From: Neophaeotheca triangularis
Taxonomy: Eukaryota
DNA length: 20,000 bases
Direction: 5' to 3'
NCBI GenBank assembly: GCA_054600435.1
Contig: BAAIJX010000077.1
Location: forward strand, 50,530 to 70,529
Shown here: piece by piece, positions 1 through 8,897 of the stretch
Position numbering within the stretch: position 1 is the first letter of the stretch
Layout: the number at the start of each line of letters is the position of its first letter
The notes under the pieces: generated by a model
What the model saw: the letters and a program-made list of their open reading frames with translations, nothing else
What the model was told of the DNA's origin: nothing
Database searches by the model: none
Program-made: the position numbers and the translations under genes

Positions 1-1
1 C

Positions 2-757
2 TCACCGCAAAACGAACGTCAAGCTCACCTCGGCGCCCAAGAAGACTACCAAGACAGTAACTCGGATGACTTCACTGACCGCGGCTTCTCTTTCGGCTTC
101 ACCGACGGCGGACTCCAGGACGGCGGAACCTCCGGCTACCCTCACCAAAGAGGCAAATCCGCCGATATCTCAACCTACCCGCGTCGCTCTGAGGAGAGCA
201 GCACAAACTCCGACCCGCACAACCGCTCCGGCGCCGCATCGAGCAAATACCCCAACACTGAGCCTGACCTCGACACCTACCCACCCCCAGATCTCCCAAA
301 TCACGCGGACGACCCAACCCAGCACCCAGAGAACCTTAACCGTGCCCCCTCCCTCGAACCCCTCGGCGACCTGGGCGGCGACTTCAACCTCCCCTCAAAT
401 TTCAACTCCCGCCACAACTCTCGCGCCTACACCCGCAATTCCGGCACTTCCTCTCACCATCCCAGCACAACCGCCCACCCAATGGGTACAGACTGGCTAC
501 GCGCAGTCGACGAACTCGACTGGAATGCCAACAACAACAACAATAACGACAGCAGCGGACCAGGCGTCCCTCGTAAAAGCTCCCGGCGCCAGCCGAGCAT
601 GGACTTCCATCCTCGGGGCCCTGGCGGTGCTGTTGGCGACGAGGAAAGACCCGCAAGCTTTCATGTCAGCAAGCACAAGGCTGGCGATAGTTTGCATCGG
701 AATTCTCTGGGCGCACAAGCGGGTTTGGGCGAGCGGAGGGCCGAGTTTGACGAGTGA
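2..757 (+). CDS. 3' part of an uncharacterised, low-complexity/disordered fungal protein (5' end outside window)
   Basis: Frame +2 is open from the window edge (SPQNERQAHLGAQEDYQD...) through the track ORF 482..757 (MGTDWLRAVDELDW...GERRAEFDE) to TGA at 755-757. Third codon positions are C-rich, and a G/T-rich 3'-UTR-like tract follows. No recognisable domain. Confidence 0.6.
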   Translation, partial: SPQNERQAHLGAQEDYQDSNSDDFTDRGFSFGFTDGGLQDGGTSGYPHQRGKSADISTYPRRSEESSTNSDPHNRSGAASSKYPNTEPDLDTYPPPDLPNHADDPTQHPENLNRAPSLEPLGDLGGDFNLPSNFNSRHNSRAYTRNSGTSSHHPSTTAHPMGTDWLRAVDELDWNANNNNNNDSSGPGVPRKSSRRQPSMDFHPRGPGGAVGDEERPASFHVSKHKAGDSLHRNSLGAQAGLGERRAEFDE

Positions 758-2285
758 GAAGGCGAAGTCGGGAGGGGGGGTTTTCTGGGGAGTGTTAACG
801 AATTTTCTTGATTTTTTTGGGGTGGACTCGGAACTCGGTGCTGCACCTTGCATGCCACTTCGGATGGCAGGTTTTGGTTTTTACTCGGCAAGAAAATTTT
901 TGGTGGGCTTCTCGATTTAGCGATGGCGTTTGTTGAAGTGTTTTTGCTTTTTCTGACTGGATTCTGTACGTGGCTGTTTACATGGATGGGTCGATATGAA
1001 TGGCTGACTGTGTGGTTTTGTAGATATGTACATGTATGCTTTCGATACTAGTGGGTGTTTTGTAGAGAGAGGGTTTTGCAGCTTTGCAACTATCGCCGGT
1101 GCTTGCGGTGGATGCTTTCGTCATATATATTCGGACTCTGACATTTCCTTCCATCCAATACGCTTAGTAAAGCGGGCAGTCATGAACCGCGCAGAAGGGT
1201 TTAGACGGTTTCTGGAGAGCTTAGTACTGCAGTGAAGGAAAATCAGGAGACGCAGATCTCTCACCCAGTGCTCGACGGCTGGTCTGGACCTCTATTCAAT
1301 ATTCGAACAATGGCTGTCGTCTTGCCCGGCTCCCAAAAACTTCGGTCTCTTCTAATGTGCTTGAGGAGGAGCTGCAAATGTCGCAAGATGATTCGGAAGT
1401 TTTTTAAGGGGTTTCATCGGGTGCTGTGGCGGACGCTTGTCGTGGACATGCTATCCGATCGGCAGTTCTCTTCGATGCTCTGACTTGACTCTGGATCTCG
1501 CAACTATATTGGTTCTCGTCTTGCTCGGTTTCAGATCTGACCGTTCATCTGATGCTTCCGAGTGAGCGGTTGGGGAGTTCGGGAAGTAGAAATTTGTGGC
1601 GACGTGGTGTGGCCACGAAAGCATCTGATCTCTTTTAGTAGGAAGAGCGTGACATGGGTCCCTGACGGGATATGGTAATCACTCCGATCAGGTCCAGGGT
1701 GGAATGTCGCTCTTACAAGAAGCTGGAATTAGGGTAACTATCTGATCGGTCAACGCTTGATAGTGGTATTCTAAGAGGAGGATCTCATCGTACGCAAGAT
1801 ACCTGTCGGAGATATGTACAGTGGAAAGCATCTTTTTCGAAATACTCATGAGGATTGAGCTAGACAAAGTCACAACAAATCTCGCCATACTACACACATA
1901 CAAGTCAACTCTATATACTAGGTTACTACTAGCAGGCGAATAAATTTGTTTGCTAGTATATAGCAAACGTCGACGGTAACTCGATCAGAGGACACACATA
2001 GTGAGTACTTGTAGGCCGTGATGAGATCGGATGAAAAAGCCGTAACCGCATAGAAGCGGTAATGCGATCAGAGGACACAAGCCGTAACCAAATGCAAGGG
2101 CGAATAGCGTTGACCGTGGAAGCATCGAGGAATACTATATCTACGCCTTGCTCTCCTGCAAATTTTCTCGACCTACAACCATCAACCCATTTCCCACATT
2201 CTACATCTACCGACCCAAATCACCAATATCAAAACATCCAACCTCCTTACCCGATCATCCAAATCACGTTTCAACGATGCCAACC

Positions 2286-2696
2286 ATGTCCGACGAACAC
2301 TACAAACGCTCCCATCCGGCCGGGGACTGGCGCAAACCCAAGAAAATTCGCCGTAACTATCTTGTCGCAAACGGGATGCTGGCATCCAAATCCGCGAGAT
2401 CCACTCAACGTCAAGAAGATGACAAACCTCGCCGTCCGCCCGGCCATCAGAGCAAGTCAACGCACTTTGGCCGCAGCGCCCTTGCTCCAGACGACATACT
2501 CCCAACTGTATCTGAAAGCTTTCCGGACGAAAATCCGTTTCGGCATGTCGTCATCGGCTCGAAGGTAGGATGCTCTTGGTACGGCGACGTCGATTTGCAG
2601 GGCGAAAGCGGTGAGGGCGTTGCAGACGATGGTACCACGATATCTCAAGGCCGTTCGGACGAATCCACCTGTCAGAATTTCGTCCAGGGCTTGTAG
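2286..2696 (+). CDS. possible small orphan protein (136 aa, basic N-terminal half)
   Basis: ATG in a good fungal context (CAACC-ATG-TC) after a C/A-rich 5'-UTR-like stretch (about 2170-2285). Open to TAG at 2694-2696. No homology recognised. Confidence 0.3.
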   Translation: MSDEHYKRSHPAGDWRKPKKIRRNYLVANGMLASKSARSTQRQEDDKPRRPPGHQSKSTHFGRSALAPDDILPTVSESFPDENPFRHVVIGSKVGCSWYGDVDLQGESGEGVADDGTTISQGRSDESTCQNFVQGL

Positions 2697-3690
2697 GCGG
2701 CGTGCTCGGGGTTACCGCCTGTCATCACTTGCGACGAAAATAGGGGGTCAGAGCCCGGGAGAAGTGGGCATGTCCTTGTTCGGACGGGGATGCAGTGTTC
2801 TGAAATGCAAAGTTAGCGATATATGACTGTGTCCTTCTTGGCCAATATCACTTACTGCTTCACCATTTTGATCCTTTCATTCAGTGCAAAGCTTCTTTAG
2901 TTCAGTGCAAAGCTCACTCTTTTGCCCTTCTACTTTCAGAGCTTTCTTGACTTAAAACGAAACGGCCTTTGCTGAGTTTCTTAATAGCGATCTAGATGCA
3001 TCATCCCAGGATGCAAAGTCAAGCATACGTGACTTTGACTTTCTTAGTCAGATTCGCTGAGTCTTCGCCAACTCGATGCTTCACGCTTTTGTTTGTGCGG
3101 GTGTAGGTTTCACTGCTCTGGCTTTTGCTTGGGGTAAAGCCTAGCCTCTGAGATTTCTTCCGATGATGCTTCTTTTACTTTGTTATAGAAGGGCTTTGAT
3201 GAAGTTTCTCGAGGATTAAGAGACCATCACCCCGTTGCGAGTGCTCGCTGTAAACTTACATTCTCAAGCCACCACCATTAATGCCCTTTTCATTTCGTCT
3301 CTTTCATCGGAAAAGTCAGCGGTCGCCTCGGGCCAAGCTTACCTTCATCCTAAAATGATCGTTTCAAACTCTCATACTCGACAGTGGACTGTGGTGTCCT
3401 CCTGAGGAGGTACGGCAGTAACATCGAATATTGACAGTCGATTGAATGCATAGGCTTGCAATTGGGAAGGCGACTTCTATCTTTGACATCCAAGTGTCAG
3501 ACCTGCACTCTGTCGGCGGTCTTGAAGCCATGCGGCTGCGATATACTTCGTTGTTCTCGGATTGCCAACTCGTGTGACTTGCAACGAAATCTTGGATGCA
3601 GCTCAAGTGGTGAACAGGAGTAGGCTCTAAGCATCGTGGATCGAAGCCCGCCTCCTTCAAGTGATACGTCATTGCCTTGGGCTGTGTGAT

Positions 3691-5666
3691 TCAACCGTTC
3701 CAACTCCCAACAGCGCCTAGTGAAGCCCCGAGGCTTGTCGAAAACCCCTTCCCTGGAGTTCGAGAGCTCTTTCCAATGGTAACAGGAGACGATGCATGGG
3801 TAATACTTGCTCGCCTCCCAGGTTCCGGGAGAGGGCGTGTAGAATGGTCGGGCGAGTTTAATAATGGGTTGCCCGCGCTGGTCTCTTTGCCGTCAGCACT
3901 TCCGCGGAAAGATTTCCCGTCACCACAAGCAGGCGCGGAATGCTGCCGGGACACGAGAGCAGAGACTTCAGAAATGGTTGCATCCCCACGAGGCCCCTTG
4001 TTCAACTCTCCTTCCTCCTCGTCCCCGTCCTTAGCCACCTCTTCATCCTCCCCGAAGCCTTTGCCCTCAATGAGCCACCAAACAGGCACAGCGGCAGCCA
4101 CAGCAATCCCAGTCAGCAACCACCAGGGCGCAATAATGTAGCCCTGCTCGACACCCCAAGTGAAAACTGCTCCGGTGACCGCAGGACCCACAGCTCTGCC
4201 AATAGCAGAAGTAGAGACCGCGATGCCATTCAGAGTGCCCAAGACCCTCAAACTGCTCGCAGAGTTCGTCAACAAGATTGTCGAACACGGGAAACTGAAG
4301 ATCGCACAGAAGCCTTTCAGAACGTAGATTACGAAGCAAGTCCATTTGGCTGACTGCTGCGTTGGTAGGAGTGCTGTGAAAGGTACTAGAAAGTAAGTGA
4401 TTGGGAAACCGATGGCGCAGACTTTGAGGCAGTTGAGCGATCCGAAGCGGCGCACAAGGGGTGGGAAGAGCACGAGTTGCGTTAGCAAGCTGATGATGCC
4501 GTAGAGGGTGCTGAGGAAGCCAATCTGGGCTGAGGTCAGACCAAGGCCGCCGGAAAACTGAAAGGCATTGGTGGAGGAAGCATTGAGGTGGTTTTGGGGA
4601 TTTGAAGTTGAGTGGAGGCGCGGGTAGTGCATGAAGACTGCGAGGATCTGGTCGCAGACCAGAGTGTGTGCGGCGAGGAGGGTGTAGACGACGAGGTTGA
4701 TGACGGATTGCCGGTTGAGAACTTCGCGGTACGAGGGAGCGGGAAGAGAGGGTTTTCGAGTCTTGTGCGCAACCATAGTGTCTTCGTCGTCGGAGTAGAC
4801 TCGCTTGATGAGAGGGTCGGTCTCCCCATCCCCTTGCTTGGCTAGGTCCCGCAGAAGATGTAACAGCTCTCCTAGCTTAACGGCGTGATGGCTGATGCCA
4901 CTTGTAATCTTTTTCCCCAGCAAGATTCCGTAGTCTCGGTTATGTTTCTTGCTTTCCAGCGTCTCTTTCAAGAACAAGACTCCAGTCACTGACCCAATGC
5001 CGAAAAAAGCAGCCGAGACGATGTTTGGCAGCGCATAAGGGTACTTTACTAACAATCCACCTTTGCCTCCCATCTCTTCTGGCTCGAGTCCCAACGGATT
5101 CGCCAAGACGCCTCCAAGTATCGGTCCTAACACGCTGCCTACGTTCCATACCAAAGGCATCACGCTGAAAGCCCGGGGCTGCAACTCCTTGTATGGCACC
5201 ATTTCCGCAACAGTCGTCCTTATAATGCCTACGTTGCCTGCACCAGCTCCCATCAGCCCCCTCGCTATCAACGCCTGTGTCATGCCTGTGCTAAAGCCAA
5301 ATAGCAAGCTGCACATCAGTGTCGTTGTCAGTCCCAGTAAGATGGCAGGCTTTCGACCATAGCGATCCGACCCTCTGCCCCAGGGTATCCCCATAGCGGC
5401 TTGGCTGAGTGAGAAGACGGAGCCGCAGAAGCCTGCATATTTCGGAACGCTCGAGGCCGGGATGGAGAACGACTATATCATTTCCGGCAGGTAGGGGAAG
5501 ATGGAGGTTTGGGCTAAAGGTTCGGCGAAGCGGCAGACGGCTGGATCAATGAAACGGTTAGCATTGATGATCTCTGTCGACAGGGCTTATCTCGATTCTC
5601 ACCCAGAATGGCCAGCTGCTGGTAGGGTAGCTTTCGTTCATGGAGGCTGCTCTCCGAGGTGGCCAT
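3691..5666 (-). CDS. MFS transporter (DHA1/ZIFL1/YCR023C-like), 2 exons (5603..5666, 3691..5540), interrupted by an in-frame TAG at 5473-5475
   Basis: The spliced N-terminus reads MATSESSLHERKLPYQQLAILAVCRFAEPLAQTSIFPYLPEMI*SFSIP. MFS motif A (WGRGSDRYGRKP) and multiple hydrophobic helices are present. Intron 5541..5602 has a GTGAGA donor, GCTAAC branch and CAG acceptor. 637 codons if the stop is bypassed. Confidence 0.85.
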
Positions 5667-6145
5667 GATGAGTATGGATATGAGAGAGGCATAGGTGTAG
5701 CAAGGGTGTCCCTCCAACAGCAGGCATTTCAAGTAGCCGAAGTTGTTTGCTATCTATGTACGATAGGGTACGGTAGGGTTAGTCACACAGCCTCATGCAC
5801 AGCCCGCAGTCAGATTGCCAACGAGGTGTTCAAGTAGGTGCAGGAGGTACCTGCCTTCAGGTCTTGTCACTGTGTAGATGTGGGGTTTATCGTTTGGCGT
5901 GGCATGTGATAGGCATATCGGTCCGTTCAAGCCGTTGTGGATCTGGACTGCTGGATCTGGAGATATCGAACGACATGCCATTGGATTGTGGTGACTACTT
6001 TCTCATGCACTCTTCCTGTGATACCCAAAGCTTCAAGAATAAGACTTGAGTTCCTTTGGATGATATCTAAAGCAGAGCTTCTCATCTCTTACGTGATATT
6101 GTGCAGTCTTCCACGGTGGTGATGACAACCTTTACCGACCTCCAT

Positions 6146-6484
6146 CTACGCAAAGCAACCGCGCGACAGTGGAACCACTCTCACCCACAGCATCACCATC
6201 AACCCTCCAAAATCCACAAAGTGAACTGGGCCCTGGTCTTGGCCTTGAGGCGGAATTACCGCAGGCAGAGCGATATGATTGACCACGTCATTGTCATTCG
6301 TAAGGACCAAATCAATGCAGACTTGGAGCCCGTGGACAGCGGAGTCCATGTCGTAGTAGCTGGATGCGACACACGCGTCCCAATTAGCGCCGCTGTCGTA
6401 AGACTCCGCGTAGCACCTGTCGTAGCGTTTGTTGTTGCTGCCGATGTTGCCGGGATTCCAGTGAGTTGAGGAAGTGGGCGGCAT
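6146..6484 (-). CDS. small orphan protein (112 aa, MPPTSSTHWNPG...LSRGCFA)
   Basis: A canonical 48-nt intron 6491..6538 (GTAAGT...ACTAAC...CAG) ends 6 nt before the ATG at 6484. The ORF has C-ending codon bias and stops at TAG 6146-6148. Confidence 0.5.
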   Translation of the reverse strand: MPPTSSTHWNPGNIGSNNKRYDRCYAESYDSGANWDACVASSYYDMDSAVHGLQVCIDLVLTNDNDVVNHIALPAVIPPQGQDQGPVHFVDFGGLMVMLWVRVVPLSRGCFA

Positions 6485-7347
6485 CTTGAGCTGTGAGCTG
6501 TTAGTTGTGCTCTGGAAGGTCTTGAGAGAAACACTTACTTTCCAAATAGTTTGTGTTGCATATGATGAAGAGTGTGGTTGGTGGTGAGTTCGAGCACCGA
6601 CGGCCCGGCGTAAATGGTGCTCAGTCAGCGCACAATCCTCACGTTGAACGCAGCCGCGAATAGCGTTCTCACACAGACAACGTTTCGCCTCGTCTAAGAC
6701 CACAGCAAAGCTTGGTATTCTCTCTTAGAGGCTTAAACATCCACGACATGCTCGCCATGGGAATTGGTGTGTGTTCTACCGTAGGTATAGCTATGCTGAG
6801 AAGGTTCTTGTATCGTCTTCAGTTGCCTGGATATTCGTAAGGCAGCGGGACGTTGTCTGCGAACAAACATCGGCTCTCGTTACCAAAGATGAGCTCACAC
6901 TACTATCACGGTGGACATTGATGAAAAGAGATTTGCACTGGTCAATTGTGACTACTGATTTGACGCATCCACACTCTGCTCCCTCAACTGTCCCCGCCCA
7001 TTGCAAGTTGTATTTTCCGTGCTTCATGCGACACCACCCGTCCCAGTATACTGCCTTCTTGCTCACCCAGTCCATTCATGCGCCTGTGTATCCCGGACGT
7101 TACCACTCACTCAAACGGTCATAGCCAGCTCCTCCGCCATGGGCGCTCAATCAAACGAAACGCACAGAAGTCATCCTGCGTCTGTCCAATTGTGTCTCAT
7201 GGCAGATGCTTTGAACTCACCTAACGTGCCGAAGTCTGGATCCATCTGCGTGCAGTTGGAGTTGTCGTAGATCTGCAAGACCACTATTAGCAAAGAGACA
7301 CCAAAGGTGCGTTCATTAAAGCAAGAAGGGGGGGAGGGAGAGGGGTC

Positions 7348-7431
7348 GTAGTCAGACGAAAGATGGTTGGATGCCGTCAGCGCGCCATTGGCGCTCAGTA
7401 TGAAAAGCACTCATTGCTGTCATCACGTAGA
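7348..7431 (-). ncRNA. intronic box C/D snoRNA, double guide (25S Am817/snR60-type site and a U26-type site)
   Basis: Box C GTGATGA (7420-7426), D' CTGA (7395-7398), GCGCC/GGCGC internal stem, box D CTGA (7352-7355). The D guide is complementary over 11 nt to the conserved LSU sequence CGAAAGAUGGU. The D' guide is complementary over 12 nt to LSU AUGAAAAGCACU. Lies inside intron 7273-7464. Confidence 0.85.
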
Positions 7432-7969
7432 AAGAGGGAATGAGGGGAGATGGTTAAGACTCACCACCTGATCCTTTGCTGTCGTCGTTCCAAGGAGCTT
7501 TCTGCTGCGCTTCGATCGTCTTATCCACAGACGCGACTTTAGCAGGGTAAACCAGTCTAGGCTTCTTGTTGCGTATGTGTGCGAAGTTGCCGTTTCCTGA
7601 GGGTCAGCCCAGTTTTGACCAATCAGAGTTAGCAAGAAGCTCGCAGCTCCGAACGCGGGTCATCCTTGCGGAACGTAGAAGGACACCGACCTTGCGCATC
7701 GATCGGACGATGTCGTTGAGCCCGCCAGACGTCCATATCTTTTCTGGGGTATCCTATGACCTTGCTCTTTCTGCTTCGTACGGGGAATCGTTAACGCGCG
7801 GATGCGTACGTGTGAGTGATGTTGGTGTTTTTGAGCCTTGCGAACACTGCTTGACAGAAAAACTCGATCAATCCGAAATTCTGCGTCTTGAGGTAGCTAC
7901 ACCTGTCGAAATGTTTGTTGTCAGCAAAGAACTTTCGACGTCAGTCTGGCAAAAGGACAAGACAGGGCT

Positions 7970-8062
7970 CGCATCTCAGACACCGCCCGATATCGCACTT
8001 TTCATGCGGATCTCGCGCTTCATTAGAAGCTCAGTCGTTGGGGTTTTGTCATCATCGATAAC
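7970..8062 (-). ncRNA. intronic box C/D snoRNA with guide to the 18S decoding region (snR70/U43 region)
   Basis: Box C ATGATGA (8049-8055), D' CTGA (8031-8034), box D CTGA (7976-7979), short terminal stem (TATC/GATG). The 10-nt guide CGGGCGGTGT is complementary to the universal SSU sequence ACACCGCCCG. Lies inside intron 7903-8089. Confidence 0.7.
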
Positions 8063-8631
8063 GCAAAGGGGGATAGTAAAGGTACTTACAAGTATCTTTG
8101 TCTAATGACCATCCTCATTTCCAGAAAAGACTTGCGTGATCTCTGTCCCTCTTGGTCTTGCCGTTACACTGAAAGAGGTACTTTGGGGTCTGTTGATTTG
8201 ATCGTCGCGTTGTCATGGGTTGCTAAAATGCTTCAGCAAAATCACGCGCCTTGAAGATGCAAGAGCAATGTACCTTGAGTATCCAGACCGCGGAAGTGGA
8301 GCCCTGCGAGTTTGGTAGTCTCGTCGGAAGATCGTTGACGTTGCCTCTAAGCGCGGATCCATGGGCGTAGGGAAAGTGAAAACGGGTTCTGGTGATGGGG
8401 CGTGAGTCAGCCTTTGCTCTTCAGGGATGATGGAAGCGAAGGGTTAAGTGCCCTGCTCTTTCTTCCGAAGCTTCTGCGGTACTGGCAGTTATTCGGAGGC
8501 TTTAGGAGCGGATGGATTGTGCACGCTTTCCAGATAGGCGCAGACGTTGCGATATCTTTGGTGGTCTAGACGAGATGTGTTAGCAATGCTGATTTAGTTT
8601 GATTCAACAGAAGCTGGCGGCGGCAAGCTAA

Positions 8632-8741
8632 GCTTTCAGAAACTAACATCTTTTTTATCTCCGTAAGTGCATCGCTCATTGCGCTGGCTGTCTGCCCGTA
8701 GGTGTTGACGCCGCACTCGATAATTTGTATAATCACAAAGC
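8632..8741 (-). ncRNA. candidate intronic box C/D snoRNA (possible 18S helix-45 complementarity)
   Basis: Variant box C GTGATTA (8730-8736), box D CTGA (8636-8639), GCTT/AAGC terminal stem and possible D' CAGA (8691-8694). Lies inside intron 8566-8773. Confidence 0.5.
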
Positions 8742-8897
8742 AGAAAGGGATCAAATGAACAAAGTACACTCACTAGGCTTTTTCTTGTCACAATCCAAGC
8801 TCGTGAGTCACCGGAAGCTCTCTTGTTTGTAGGAATTGGAAAGGATCGCAGACCATGTCGACGGTTCGTGGGAAAGGTCATAGCGACGGAAAGATAA

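Noticed and set aside
66..920. 284-aa Thr/Pro-rich ORF
   Set aside because: It is the shifted frame of the C-ending-codon gene in frame +2 and runs on into G/T-rich 3'-UTR sequence.
1232..3672. Minus-strand pseudogene fragments (1688..1966 and the Lys-rich-looking 2830-3370) and a 14-nt direct repeat at 2880/2901
   Set aside because: Frequent stops and no identifiable motif; too weak to call.
3677..5362. Short ORFs antisense to or overlapping the MFS gene (and similarly within HOS2 and YNG2)
   Set aside because: Shadow frames of real coding sequence.
5473..5475. Genome-wide TAG reassignment
   Set aside because: YNG2 ends at TAG shortly after its PHD finger, as expected, and no other internal TAG occurs in the HOS2, YNG2 or MFS coding frames.
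7566..8105. 179-aa plus-strand ORF
   Set aside because: Non-ATG start and no protein-like features. It is antisense to the spliced snoRNA host.
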